The notes under the pieces: model-generated | Database searches by the model: none | What the model was told of the DNA's origin: nothing | The model's input: only the letters and a program-made list of their open reading frames with translations | Shown: positions 45,503-56,511 of the stretch, piece by piece | How positions within the stretch are numbered: the stretch's first letter is position 1 | How the letters are laid out: every line of letters starts with the position of its first letter | Program-made: the position numbers and the translations under genes | Assembly: GCA_964541165.1 (NCBI GenBank) | Contig: CAZIPQ010000002.1 | Location: forward strand, 1 to 56,714 | Direction of reading: 5' to 3' | DNA: 56,714 nt | Origin: an uncultured Muribaculum sp. | GTDB taxonomy: Bacteria > Bacteroidota > Bacteroidia > Bacteroidales > Muribaculaceae

Positions 45503-48271
45503 TTAATACCAAGTCACACCGTTGACATAGCTTGAGCGCTTGTCATACTTGAGGTCCTGAAGCAGTGACGACTTCACGGCTATATGGAAGTTATAGCTCT
45601 TATACGGGCCCACCGGCACAAAACTTGCCGTCATGGTGAAACAGTGAAGATCACGCGACAGGTTACAGTTCATGTAGGCAATCTTCTTCGTATCGAAATT
45701 ATAGCTTGCGCTAAAACCGAAATTCCAGTTTTTTGTAGGACGGATATTACCCGAGAAACTGAGGTTCTGGGTTATTCGGGGATCGTACTCCATCTTCTTC
45801 TTGTTAAACTTACCGTAAGCGTAGTTCACCGAATAGTTGAATGTAAGGCTCCAGGGTACTTCCCACTTCATATAGCCGCCGTCGATCAGCTCGACATCGT
45901 CATTTTCATTCTCATCACGCATACGCCGTGAGTCAGCCTGAGCCTTCAGACCGTCAAAGTCCTCCTCATCCTCGTCCTCATCCGAGTCTTTGTCTTTGTC
46001 GTCCTTTTTCTTGTCTTTCCGCTTGAAGGTATTGTTGTTAATCGTATAACTGAACGATGTACCCGTACTTGACAGTCGGCCTATACCCTTACCGGCCTTC
46101 CAGCGGGGTATATTGACACGCACGGGATTACCTGAAGAATTAAGCTGATAGGTATAGACGTCCCATGTAGCCGACAGATTGAGATTAAAGTTTTTGACAA
46201 GACGCAGCAACAACGACGTGTTGATGTTACTCCAGTTCATCGAGTCAGCCGCAAAGTTATAGCTCTGTGAGGCGGTGAAATTCTCGATAAGCGATATCTT
46301 CTTCTCGCCGATACTGTCGTTACTCTTCACTTTCATCTCCACGTTGTTGGAAAGTGACACACTCATTGTACCTGATCTACCCTGTCCGGGAACGCCAAAA
46401 AGCGCATTAGGGAACATCGAATACTTGTTCTGAACCGTTTGACCGGAACTGTTTACATAAGAATACTGCCCGTAGTAACCGAAAAACGGTGACGAGAAGT
46501 CGGGCGCACCTGAAAACGAGATCGACGGTGTCAGCACGTGACGTATCATCTTCACCTTGTCGCCCAGGAACGGCAGCGGCTGGAAGAAACCGTAGATCTT
46601 GGTGTCAAGTGATACCGACGCGTTGAAATCCCATACATTATAGAATCCATAAGTGGTGTCACACACCTCGGCCGATGCTGCAGGATCCCATGACCGGCGC
46701 ACCTTGCTGGTATACATTCGGTCGTTAAGAGACACCGATGGCGTGAGGTTGATGTACTTGAAGAGGTTGAAGGTGGCCGACACCGGTACTGCATGACGCA
46801 TACCGTTACGCCAGTCCTTGATAAGGCTCTTCTGGAAGAACTGATCCTGATTAGCGGTAAGTGAGTTCTGGAACTGACCCGAATAGCTCAGTTTGATCTT
46901 TTCATACCACTTCTCCTTGCCTACCGCACGTTTACGCTTGAACGGATATATCTGAGAAAGAGTCACGTTAAGGTTAGGAAACGACACGGCGAGTGTAGAG
47001 TCCTGAGTACGCTGGGAGATATTGGCGTTGGTCGAGAATGACCACTTGGAGTTGGGAAGTTTGTAAGTGAGGTTGATTGTAGAACTCTTGGTGTTCTCGG
47101 TAAATGAATTGGAGAACTGAGAGTTCATATTATTTCGGGTATAACCGCTCGAAGTGAAGTTGACACTTGCCGACAACGACATATTGGGATTTGCCTTGGC
47201 ATCCTGTGAATGGCTCCACAATATCTGGAAGTTAGTCATCTTGGAGTAGTCGGCGCTTCCCTTTTCTCCATATATTGTCGTGATGAAACTCGTGCGGAAG
47301 TTACCGGAATACTTGTATCGCTTCACATAGTTTGAACGGGCGGTCACACCCCACGATCCTTTTGTAAAGATCTCACCGGTCAGGGCAAGATCGATATTGT
47401 CATTGATGGCGAAATAATAACCACCGTTTGACAGATAGAAACCGCGGCTATAGTCATCGCCGAATGAGGGTACTATGATACCAGAGGAGTAGCTGTCGGT
47501 AAACGGGAAGAAACCGAACGGTACGGCAAGCGGCAGCGGCACATCAAACATCACGAAATAAGCTGGCCCGGTGATGACGTTTTTCTTAGGCCTTACCTTT
47601 CCTTTGGTAAGCTGGAAATAGAAGTGAGGATGGTCGTGGTCAGGACAAGTCGAGTATCTGCCGTTAGCTATATAATATTCACCGTTCTCCATCTTTTTAG
47701 TCTGACCGCCGGTGATATAGCCTTCGCCCTGTTCGGTAATTACATTGGTGATAAAGCCTCGGCCACTCTTGAAGTTATACTTCATTGTTTCCGAGTCATA
47801 GCTTCCGCTCTTGTCAGTGAACACCGGTCGACCGGTCACCTCGCCTGCGGAGTCGACAGTACCGTTGGCGCGCACGTTATTGGTCGACATCTCCATATTG
47901 ATCTCGGCTGCATCAAGCTTCATGTCGCCATAGGTCACCTGACTGTTACCGTACATGAAGGCATCATTACGGCCTATAAGTACCATCGAGTCCTTGGCGC
48001 TGAAGTCCACGATGTTGTCAATATCGACCTTCTGCCTTACTATACGCGGGCCGGGCTTATGGGTAGTATCGGAGGAACGGCTTACACGCGGCACGACAGC
48101 GGCAGCCACCGAGTCGGAGTCAGCCTGACTGACAAGCACACGGTCATTGAGCAGCGTCGGCTGCTCTTCAGTACCCATATTGAGCGCAGGATCCTCCGGG
48201 CGTCCGGAAGCCATGACTGTAAGGGTACATGCCAGTACCAGTAAAATTATATAGAGTTGAGTAGTGCGCAA
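45503..48271 (-). CDS. lptD: Putative LPS-assembly protein LptD (Bacteroidetes type)
   Basis: FSAKDS...YGDMKLDA OstA-like N-terminus, YSTC..HDHPHFY, NGGYYFAI and RDLHCF. TTG 48271 is preferred because TATCTTTG lies inside the track's extension. Confidence 0.88.
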   Translation of the reverse strand: MRTTQLYIILLVLACTLTVMASGRPEDPALNMGTEEQPTLLNDRVLVSQADSDSVAAAVVPRVSRSSDTTHKPGPRIVRQKVDIDNIVDFSAKDSMVLIGRNDAFMYGNSQVTYGDMKLDAAEINMEMSTNNVRANGTVDSAGEVTGRPVFTDKSGSYDSETMKYNFKSGRGFITNVITEQGEGYITGGQTKKMENGEYYIANGRYSTCPDHDHPHFYFQLTKGKVRPKKNVITGPAYFVMFDVPLPLAVPFGFFPFTDSYSSGIIVPSFGDDYSRGFYLSNGGYYFAINDNIDLALTGEIFTKGSWGVTARSNYVKRYKYSGNFRTSFITTIYGEKGSADYSKMTNFQILWSHSQDAKANPNMSLSASVNFTSSGYTRNNMNSQFSNSFTENTKSSTINLTYKLPNSKWSFSTNANISQRTQDSTLAVSFPNLNVTLSQIYPFKRKRAVGKEKWYEKIKLSYSGQFQNSLTANQDQFFQKSLIKDWRNGMRHAVPVSATFNLFKYINLTPSVSLNDRMYTSKVRRSWDPAASAEVCDTTYGFYNVWDFNASVSLDTKIYGFFQPLPFLGDKVKMIRHVLTPSISFSGAPDFSSPFFGYYGQYSYVNSSGQTVQNKYSMFPNALFGVPGQGRSGTMSVSLSNNVEMKVKSNDSIGEKKISLIENFTASQSYNFAADSMNWSNINTSLLLRLVKNFNLNLSATWDVYTYQLNSSGNPVRVNIPRWKAGKGIGRLSSTGTSFSYTINNNTFKRKDKKKDDKDKDSDEDEDEEDFDGLKAQADSRRMRDENENDDVELIDGGYMKWEVPWSLTFNYSVNYAYGKFNKKKMEYDPRITQNLSFSGNIRPTKNWNFGFSASYNFDTKKIAYMNCNLSRDLHCFTMTASFVPVGPYKSYNFHIAVKSSLLQDLKYDKRSSYVNGVTWY

Positions 48272-48413
48272 CTTTAGTGACAATGTGAAAATTTCAATGC
48301 AAAGATACGACATGGCGGCGTATTAAAAAAATATTATCGACAAGAATAGGAATTGTTAAAACCAAAAGTTGTAACTTTATGTTATAATCCGTAAAAGCAA
48401 CTATTTATTTTTC

Positions 48414-51400
48414 GTGGGACACATCATAAAAAATAAGATCATACGCAGGTCTCTCAAGACCTTAGGTATAATAGTGGTGATAATAGTATTATTGCCGCTG
48501 GCACTCTATATACCTCCGGTACAGGATTTTGCAGTCAGCAAAGCGCTCAATATAGTCAATAAATCGGGTGACATGCACATAGAGGTCGGTAAGTTCCGGC
48601 TCCGCTGGCCTTTGCGTCTGAGTGTCGCCGACGTTACTGTCATGGAACGCACCGACACCATGGTGACAGTCGGTGACGCCACCATAGGCGTAAAATTGCT
48701 CCCGTTGCTCAAACTTGACATCCAGGCAGAGGCCGATATTAACCGCGTAAACTACCGTATGGGTGGCCCGGACTCGGCCATGTGGCTTACAGCGGCTATA
48801 AATAAGGTGCGCCTTGAACCGTCAAGCTACAATCTGCACACATCAGCCATCGATATCAGCCGTGCTATGGTAGACGGGGCCGACGTGATGTTGCTCATGC
48901 AGGGCAACGACACGACAGCCACTCCCGCCGACACCACCGCGGCATCTCCCCTCTCGATCCATGCAGCCCTGCTGGAATTGCGCAATGTAAATTACCGCAT
49001 GTCGATGATGCCAACAATCGACTCGCTCGGTGTAAATGTACCGATAGCGGTATTGCGCGAAGGATCATTCGACATGGCGTCACGCAGCATCAATGCCCGG
49101 TATTTGTGTATCGACAGTATCGCAGCATCCTATATCACGCCCTCGGCTGCATATCTTGCCGAACATCCGGCTGATTCCGTCACAGTGGCAGCCGACACAA
49201 CATCCATGTCTCCTGACCAGATGTGGACCATACGCGGCGACTCTCTGCGGCTTACCGCCAGCAATGCGGTCTATGCCATGCGTGATGCGGTTCCGGAACC
49301 GGGACTTGACATGAATTATCTGCAGGTAAGCGGTGTGGCTATCTCCGTTGATTCCTTCTATAACCGTGGCACCGATATAACGGTGCCTCTGACACGTCTT
49401 ATCGCAACCGAAAGGAGCGGACTGAAACTTAACGGCTCAGGACGTTTTGTAATGGCCGACAGCACAATGCGAGCCGAGCATTTCGACCTCACCACGCTGT
49501 TCTCAAATATAAAGTTTTCAGGCGTAATGGGAATGGGTGATCTCACTACCGATCCAAAATTACCGTTACAGCTGAACCTGCTGGCGCGTATCGGTATTCC
49601 CGATCTGGAAATCATCATGCCGTCAATGCGGCCAATGTTTGCAACATTACCCCGCTACAACGACATGAAGGTTGTGGCCGACATCAACGGTACTGCAGGC
49701 GATCTCCACATTGACGAACTCTCGGCCGCATTACCGGGATATGTAAATATAAGTGCCGAAGGCCGGGTAGCCAACATGACCGATCCTGACAATCTCGAGG
49801 GCATGGTCAATCTTGACGGTAGCCTTACCAATGTCAATTTCATAAAACCGAGTGTACTGGAAGCTCGTCTGGCCAAACAGGTCAACATTCCCCCTACCCG
49901 CCTTGAAGGACGCGTAAATATGCATCGCGGGGCAATCGCAGGTAATCTGCAGGCCATCACAGGCAAAGGCGACATACTCCTTAAAGCCGCGTGGAACGGC
50001 CGCGCCGAAAGCTATGATCTCAATATGGCGATGCGGCGTTTCCCGGTCAGCTCATTCCTTCCGGAAGCCGGCGTAGGCATTATCACCGCACATGCTGATG
50101 TAAAGGGACGCGGTTATGATCCGTTCTCAAAACGCACTAAGCTTGCCGCTGACATAGCGCTCGACTCAATACAATACCAGAATCTGACCTACACCGACAT
50201 AAACGCATGGGCGCGTCTTGATACCGGCAGTCTTGACGCCGGCATAATGTCGGCCAATCCGAATGCACATCTGGATCTCACCATAGGCGGAACGCTCGGT
50301 AAAGATGACTACGATGTAACTTTTGACGGACGGGTACATAATCTCGACCTTAGGGCCATGCGTGTATCTCCGACCCTGTCAAGAGGCCGACTTAATTTCG
50401 GAGGCCACGGTCATGTCATGCCGGCACGCGGATTCTATGACGCCACGATGTCAGTGACCGATCTCAACTGGGAAATGACTGATCTCACTCTGGCCACTCC
50501 GTCTATTGACCTCAGCCTCCTCGCCACCGACACACTGCTCAGGGCATCTCTCGATAATGAGTCGCTGCATGCCGACCTCATCTCTCCGTCACCGCTTGAC
50601 ACTATCATGGCCCGCGTGACCTCCACAATGGAGCTCATCAACAAGGATATAGCCCAGAAACATATCGATATTGATTCTTTGCAGGCTACCATGCCTAAAT
50701 TCATGCTTAAGTTGACGTCAGGCGCCAACAGTATCGTCAGCGACTTCCTTGAGCCGTCAAGGACATCAATACGAAAATACGAACTTCAGCTCAGCAACGA
50801 CTCCCTGATCAATATGCAGGGATATCTTCTCGGCATAAAGAGCGGCGAGACGAAGGTTGACACGGTCACTCTCAGCGCCATCCAGCATAATAAGTTTCTG
50901 GTGTATAAGCTCGACATGAACAACCGCCCGGGCACATTTGACGCATTCGCGCATGTTAATGCAACCGGATTTATCGCCAACAACAATATATCGTTGTTCC
51001 TGAATCAGGAAAATATCAAGAAAGAGACCGGCTTCAGAATCGGTTTTAACGTAGCTGTACTCGACTCGCTCGTCACCCTGCGCCTCGTGCCCTTGAAGCC
51101 CGTGATCGGATATAAGAACTGGTCACTCAATCAGGACAACCTTATATCGTACAACCTTGTCACAAGACAGCTCGATGCCGATCTGAAGCTGTCAAGCAAC
51201 GAGAGTCACTTCTCGCTCTATACCGTGTCGGCTGATTCTGTCGCCAACGGCCATGAGAAGATTGTGGTAAAGGCTGACGGAATACAGCTTGCCGACTGGC
51301 TGTCGGTGTCACCCTTCGCACCGCCGATGAATGGTGTCGCAAGTGCCGACATCAATATCGCATGGGATCCTGACAACGGCTCGATAGGTGGTGAGGGCTA

Positions 51401-53225
51401 TGTCAATCTTGAAAATCTGACTTATGGCCGTGACCGTGTAGGCTCATTCCTGCTTGATCTCGCCCTGTCGACCAATTCAAAGGGTGTCACTCACGCCACC
51501 ACTACCCTGTCAGTCGACAGCGTGAAGGTAATCACTGCCACCGGCGCGCTTAACGACAGCACCGCCAACAATCCGTTCATGCTTGACTTCTCGATGATCA
51601 AGCTGCCGCTCAATATAGTCAATCCGTTCATACCGGAAGGTACGGCCAAGCTGCAAGGCACGCTCAACGGTACGATGGACGTGACCGGAACCCTTACCGA
51701 ACCCATATTCAACGGCTATCTTGACTTTGACTCGGCCTCAGTGATGATCGACATGATCGGCACCGCCATCCACTTCTCCGAGGAAAAGATACCGGTCGAC
51801 AGCAATGTAGTGCATTTTGACAACTACACACTGACAGCCAAGAATGAGAATCCGCTGTACATCAACGGTATCGTCGACATGCACACACTTGCATCGCCTA
51901 TCATAGATCTTGCTGCCAAGGCACGCAACATGCAGATCATAGGCTCGGACAAGTCCAAGCACAGTCAGGTGTACGGGCGCGGCTTCATCGACTTTGACGC
52001 CACCGTAAAGGGTAATATGAAGTATATGGGCGTAAATGCCAAGCTCAATCTGCTTGAAGGCAGTAACATCACGTATGCCATGATGGCCAGCGAGACCGGC
52101 ATGACAGCGCTCTCATCCAACGACGAGGATATGGTACGCTTCGTGCAGTTCTCTGACTCGGCATCCATCTACGAACAGGATACGATAGCCACATCTACAA
52201 TGGCACTGAACCTCAATGCTACAGTAATCGTATCGCAAGGTACAACCATAAATGTCGATATATCGGCCAACGGTCAGGACAAAGCCCAAATCGAAGGCAA
52301 CGGTACGCTCAACTTCACGATGTCGCCCTTCAGTGACATGCGTATGACCGGCCGGTTCAATATCGACGACGGCTTCGTGCGCTACACCCCGCCATTGATG
52401 TCACAAAAGCTCTTCAACTTCATAAACGACAGTTATGTGGCGTTCAACGGCGACATGATGAACCCGATCCTGAACCTGCATGCGCGTGAGACCCTGAAAG
52501 CCAATGTGACCGAGGAAGGACAGAATTCACGTCTTGTAAACTTCCTGATCACGCTCAATGTGACCGGCACGCTCAACACTATGGATGTATCATTTGATCT
52601 TGCCACCAACGATGATATCTCTGTACAGAATGAGCTCGACACAATGAGTCCGGAACAGCGCGCCAACCAGGCCATGAACCTGCCGCTGTACAATGTTTAC
52701 ACCGGCCCCGGTACAAAGGCTTCGAGCAACCTGTCAGGCAATCCGCTCTTCTCGTTCCTCACCTCACAGCTTAACACCTGGGCGGCGAATACGATCAAGG
52801 GAGTCGACATATCGTTTGGCATCGACCAGTATGACCGTACTCTTGACGGCAATACCTCGACAACGACAAGCTACAGCTATAAGGTGAGCAAGACGCTGTT
52901 TAACGACCGCGTGAAGATCATCGTGGGAGGCAACTATTCAACCGATGCCAACGCCGATGAGAACTTCTCGGAAAATCTCATCAACGACATCTCTTTCGAA
53001 TACCTGCTCAACAAGGCCGGAACCATGTACGTAAGGCTGTTCCGCCACGTAGGTTATGAAAGTATTCTTGAAGGAGAAGTTACGCAGACCGGTGTCGGCT
53101 TCGTTTACAAGCGTAAGATGACCCATTTCCGCGATCTGTTTCACCGTCGCCGCAACACTGATGCAGTGAAACCTCAGGACAATCAACCCGAAAACCCAGT
53201 TACCGATGAAGATAACAACAAGTGA
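48414..53225 (+). CDS. tamB: Translocation/assembly module TamB
   Basis: N-terminal anchor LALYIPPVQDF, a long beta-taco region and a DUF490-type C-terminus (YESILEGEVTQTGVGFVYKRK). Confidence 0.9.
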   Translation: MGHIIKNKIIRRSLKTLGIIVVIIVLLPLALYIPPVQDFAVSKALNIVNKSGDMHIEVGKFRLRWPLRLSVADVTVMERTDTMVTVGDATIGVKLLPLLKLDIQAEADINRVNYRMGGPDSAMWLTAAINKVRLEPSSYNLHTSAIDISRAMVDGADVMLLMQGNDTTATPADTTAASPLSIHAALLELRNVNYRMSMMPTIDSLGVNVPIAVLREGSFDMASRSINARYLCIDSIAASYITPSAAYLAEHPADSVTVAADTTSMSPDQMWTIRGDSLRLTASNAVYAMRDAVPEPGLDMNYLQVSGVAISVDSFYNRGTDITVPLTRLIATERSGLKLNGSGRFVMADSTMRAEHFDLTTLFSNIKFSGVMGMGDLTTDPKLPLQLNLLARIGIPDLEIIMPSMRPMFATLPRYNDMKVVADINGTAGDLHIDELSAALPGYVNISAEGRVANMTDPDNLEGMVNLDGSLTNVNFIKPSVLEARLAKQVNIPPTRLEGRVNMHRGAIAGNLQAITGKGDILLKAAWNGRAESYDLNMAMRRFPVSSFLPEAGVGIITAHADVKGRGYDPFSKRTKLAADIALDSIQYQNLTYTDINAWARLDTGSLDAGIMSANPNAHLDLTIGGTLGKDDYDVTFDGRVHNLDLRAMRVSPTLSRGRLNFGGHGHVMPARGFYDATMSVTDLNWEMTDLTLATPSIDLSLLATDTLLRASLDNESLHADLISPSPLDTIMARVTSTMELINKDIAQKHIDIDSLQATMPKFMLKLTSGANSIVSDFLEPSRTSIRKYELQLSNDSLINMQGYLLGIKSGETKVDTVTLSAIQHNKFLVYKLDMNNRPGTFDAFAHVNATGFIANNNISLFLNQENIKKETGFRIGFNVAVLDSLVTLRLVPLKPVIGYKNWSLNQDNLISYNLVTRQLDADLKLSSNESHFSLYTVSADSVANGHEKIVVKADGIQLADWLSVSPFAPPMNGVASADINIAWDPDNGSIGGEGYVNLENLTYGRDRVGSFLLDLALSTNSKGVTHATTTLSVDSVKVITATGALNDSTANNPFMLDFSMIKLPLNIVNPFIPEGTAKLQGTLNGTMDVTGTLTEPIFNGYLDFDSASVMIDMIGTAIHFSEEKIPVDSNVVHFDNYTLTAKNENPLYINGIVDMHTLASPIIDLAAKARNMQIIGSDKSKHSQVYGRGFIDFDATVKGNMKYMGVNAKLNLLEGSNITYAMMASETGMTALSSNDEDMVRFVQFSDSASIYEQDTIATSTMALNLNATVIVSQGTTINVDISANGQDKAQIEGNGTLNFTMSPFSDMRMTGRFNIDDGFVRYTPPLMSQKLFNFINDSYVAFNGDMMNPILNLHARETLKANVTEEGQNSRLVNFLITLNVTGTLNTMDVSFDLATNDDISVQNELDTMSPEQRANQAMNLPLYNVYTGPGTKASSNLSGNPLFSFLTSQLNTWAANTIKGVDISFGIDQYDRTLDGNTSTTTSYSYKVSKTLFNDRVKIIVGGNYSTDANADENFSENLINDISFEYLLNKAGTMYVRLFRHVGYESILEGEVTQTGVGFVYKRKMTHFRDLFHRRRNTDAVKPQDNQPENPVTDEDNNK

Positions 53226-55503
53226 CCTGCTTAAACTCGCAGCCATCATACTGATCGCCGGGAGCATGGCATCATGCTCCACAACAAGGCGCATACCCAA
53301 GGACGAGACACTCTATACCGGGGTGAAGAACATCAGCTATACCCCCTACCTTGATGAAAAAGTCCCGGCGGGAGTCAAGTCCAAGATAAGTGAGGCTGTC
53401 GATGTGGCCCCCAACAATTACATCAGTCTTATCGGAATGCGCTCGCCGTTCCCGATCGGACTGTGGGTCTACAATAACTGGGACAATCCCAAATCGGGAC
53501 TGAAGCACTGGCTATATGAGAAGCTGGTGGAAGAGCCTGTACTTGTAAGTGACGTGCGTCCGCAATTACGCACCAAGATGATTGAAAAGCAGCTGAGCGA
53601 TGATGGCTATTTCCGCAACACGGCTTCCTATGAGCTTGTCCACAACAAGCGCAATCCCCACAAGGCCAAGATTGAATACATAATCAACCCCGGACCGGCC
53701 TACCGGATTGACAGCATAGAGATGCTGCCTGACACCAGCCTGCTATATCATAAGATAGATTCAATCGCAGGCACACTTGCCTATTTATCCAAAGGCGAGC
53801 GATATTCGGTTGACTCTCTGTCGACGGCGCGCATAAGGATCACCAACGCCTTGCGCAACTCCGGTTACTATTTCTTCCGTCCCGAGTATATAGAATATCT
53901 TGCCGACAGTACGATCAAGCCGCTCAACATCACCCTGCGTCTCGATGTGGCACGCAACGTACCTCCCTTTGCACTGAAACGCTACTCGACAGGATCGATC
54001 ACTGTGGTGGTCAACCGTAATCTCGGAGGAGGTCGGCCCGACACGATCAAGACTCCGCGTCTTGACATCGTGCGCATGCGCCCGATAAAATTGCGTACGG
54101 CAATCATACCGGAGTGTGTCACCTTCCGCAAAGGACGCACATTCTCAGTGCGCGACATGAACCGCACGCAGACTTATCTGTCGCGCCTCGGAATATTCAA
54201 TGACATAAGCATCAACGCCTATCCTGACACTGCGGCAACACAACCGACCTTGAACGTCCTCGTCGAGTGTCGTCTTGATGCTCCGTATGAAGCTTCCGTC
54301 GAGGCCAACGTGTCATCTAAGTCCAACAGTTACATCGGCCCGGGCGTCACACTATCGCTGACCAACCGAAATATGTTTGGTGGCGGCGAACAGTTCCGCG
54401 TAGGCCTTACAGGAGCTTACGAATGGCAGACCGGCCATAACCGCAGCTCCGTTTTCAACAGCTACGAAGTAGGCATCAACACCTCTCTGGCCTTCCCGCG
54501 ACTGCTGGCGCCGCACTTCCTGAGAATATCACGCCGTAATCTCAACTGGACACGTCTATCACTCAATATGGACCTGCTCAACAGGCCACACTACTTCAAC
54601 ATGGCCCAGTTCAGCGCCTCCATGAGCTATGACTGGTCGATGCGCAGATATTTCACATACACATTTACGCCGCTCAAGCTGACGTTTATCAAACTGATGC
54701 GCACCACCGAGACATTTGATTCGATCATTGCCGCTAATCCGGCCGTAGGTCTCAGCTTCCGCAACCAGTTTATCCCGCAGATGGGATGGTCGATGATCTA
54801 CGATCCCCCTATGAACCGTGACAACCGCCTCAACATCCAGGTCAGTCTGGCTGAAGCGGGCAACCTCTTCTGGGCAGCATGGCGAGTATGCGGCGTCAAG
54901 GGCGAAAAGCGGTTGTTCGGCATGCCCTTCTCACAGTTTGTAAAGGCTACCGCTCAGGCTGTCTACTCCCACCGCATAGGCACCGGCGATTCGTGGCTTG
55001 TGTCACGTATTTACGGAGGTATCGCCCATGCCTACGGCAATGCATCGGAAGTGCCTTACAGCGAGCAGTTCTATGTCGGAGGCGCCAATTCAGTCCGCGC
55101 ATTTGCCGTGCGCAGTATAGGTCCCGGCAGCTATCATCCCGTAGGGCAAAATGCCAATAACTTTGACGAGACAGGTACACTGAAATTTGAATTTAACGTA
55201 GAATACCGTTTCCCTATCTACGGCCCGCTGCACGGCGCATTCTTCTTTGATTCAGGCAATGTATGGCTGCTCAAGAATGATCCGCAGCGTCCCGGCAGCA
55301 AGCTCGAGGCACGCACGTTCTTCAAGGAACTGGCCACCGGCACCGGTGCAGGACTACGATTTGACATCGGTATGCTCGTATTGCGCGGCGACCTCGGCAT
55401 AGGCATCCACGCTCCCTATGACACCGGCAAACGCGGCTATTACAACATGACTTCATTTAAAAATTCGTTGGCCTTCCACCTTGCCATCGGCTACCCCTTC
55501 TAA
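53206..55503 (+). CDS. tamL: Omp85-family lipoprotein, TamL (BamA/TamA superfamily)
   Basis: Lipobox MASC, POTRA region, GGANSVRAF lid motif and C-terminal FHLAIGYPF; overlaps tamB. Confidence 0.88.
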   Translation: MKITTSDLLKLAAIILIAGSMASCSTTRRIPKDETLYTGVKNISYTPYLDEKVPAGVKSKISEAVDVAPNNYISLIGMRSPFPIGLWVYNNWDNPKSGLKHWLYEKLVEEPVLVSDVRPQLRTKMIEKQLSDDGYFRNTASYELVHNKRNPHKAKIEYIINPGPAYRIDSIEMLPDTSLLYHKIDSIAGTLAYLSKGERYSVDSLSTARIRITNALRNSGYYFFRPEYIEYLADSTIKPLNITLRLDVARNVPPFALKRYSTGSITVVVNRNLGGGRPDTIKTPRLDIVRMRPIKLRTAIIPECVTFRKGRTFSVRDMNRTQTYLSRLGIFNDISINAYPDTAATQPTLNVLVECRLDAPYEASVEANVSSKSNSYIGPGVTLSLTNRNMFGGGEQFRVGLTGAYEWQTGHNRSSVFNSYEVGINTSLAFPRLLAPHFLRISRRNLNWTRLSLNMDLLNRPHYFNMAQFSASMSYDWSMRRYFTYTFTPLKLTFIKLMRTTETFDSIIAANPAVGLSFRNQFIPQMGWSMIYDPPMNRDNRLNIQVSLAEAGNLFWAAWRVCGVKGEKRLFGMPFSQFVKATAQAVYSHRIGTGDSWLVSRIYGGIAHAYGNASEVPYSEQFYVGGANSVRAFAVRSIGPGSYHPVGQNANNFDETGTLKFEFNVEYRFPIYGPLHGAFFFDSGNVWLLKNDPQRPGSKLEARTFFKELATGTGAGLRFDIGMLVLRGDLGIGIHAPYDTGKRGYYNMTSFKNSLAFHLAIGYPF

Positions 55504-55527
55504 CGATTAAATGCAATTCTCCATTCC

Positions 55528-55555
55528 CGGCGCCCCCTCAGGGCGCCGATTTTTT
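55528..55555 (+). terminator. Intrinsic terminator after tamL
   Basis: cggcgccc-cctca-gggcgccg followed by atttttt. Confidence 0.8.
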
Positions 55556-55560
55556 AATGT

Positions 55561-56130
55561 TTAAAGAAGATTTTTATTGTGGAACAGACCGCAGATTAAA
55601 GTGAGATACCGGGGTATGTATCCATCGGTACTCCAGAGCAGCGGAAAGCCGAATAATTCTGAGGCAGTCCTTCCAAGGTCAAAACCGTAGGATTCGAGTG
55701 AGGGACGGACAAGATCGGGATGACGGCAGGGTTGATTGTCAAGCCGTGAACAGGTACCTTCGGGGCAATACAGGCAGCTACCGGCGTATGCAAAAGCTCG
55801 GCCGCCGTATTGCTTCTCCATATCCCTAAGTTTCTTTTCGATACGCAGACGTTCAGGACGAATAAAACGGTTTATCTCCGAGAATGGAATATCTTTGCCG
55901 TCGGGAATAATTTTGGTGGCGACTAACAGGAGCCGGGAATACTGCCGAAGTTCCGCCATCGTGTCATGAGAAAAGGGAGGACATGCCCACACCTTACCGT
56001 AATTACGGCACTCCTCGCAATACTTGATGAAACATTCGGAATTACAGAATCTACGGATGTATTCTTCAGTCGGGAGCGAAGTCGTGAAATCCTCAGCACT
56101 ATATGTGAATGTCTTCTGCTGTTGTGTCAT
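55561..56130 (-). CDS. DUF2284 family predicted metal-binding protein
   Basis: CEECRNYGKVWACPP, GSCLYC...C...PCRHP and RPSLESYGFD. Confidence 0.85.
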   Translation of the reverse strand: MTQQQKTFTYSAEDFTTSLPTEEYIRRFCNSECFIKYCEECRNYGKVWACPPFSHDTMAELRQYSRLLLVATKIIPDGKDIPFSEINRFIRPERLRIEKKLRDMEKQYGGRAFAYAGSCLYCPEGTCSRLDNQPCRHPDLVRPSLESYGFDLGRTASELFGFPLLWSTDGYIPRYLTLICGLFHNKNLL

Positions 56131-56136
56131 AGCACC

Positions 56137-56511
56137 TCATTTCAGATTCTTCATGAACCCTTCTTTATGCACAATCACACGCATGTGAGTACCTTTGCCG
56201 ATTATGTCCTCACCTTCGCATGCCACTACATCAAAATATAGTTTTTTGCCGGCAACTTTCGTCAGGGTTGCAGTGGCGGTGATATGCTTATCCCTTTTCG
56301 ATGGGCGTAGGTGGGATACGTCGATGTGGGCGCCCACGGTGGTGTAACCATCTTCAAGTTCATCTTTCACTGCTTTCATCGCAGCATTTTCCATCAGGGC
56401 AACCATGGCGGGGGTAGCAAAAACATCAAGGTCACCCGAGCCCATCACGATGGCGGTAAGCATCTGAGATATGGTTACCTCGCTGGTATGTGTCAGTCCT
56501 TCTTTGAGCAT
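56137..56511 (-). CDS. Hot-dog thioesterase, FlK (fluoroacetyl-CoA thioesterase)-like
   Basis: GSGDLDVFATPAMVALMENAA and TVG..IDVSH, giving the Thr/Glu/His triad. Confidence 0.88.
   Translation of the reverse strand: MLKEGLTHTSEVTISQMLTAIVMGSGDLDVFATPAMVALMENAAMKAVKDELEDGYTTVGAHIDVSHLRPSKRDKHITATATLTKVAGKKLYFDVVACEGEDIIGKGTHMRVIVHKEGFMKNLK

Noticed and set aside
45955-46025. K/D/E low-complexity tract in LptD
   Set aside because: It is in frame, and a variable charged loop is usual in Bacteroidetes LptD; it is not a contingency repeat.
52670-52700. TamB NLPLYN, where a Leu might be expected in place of Pro
   Set aside because: A single substitution that cannot be told from a sequencing error or neutral change; the ORF is intact.
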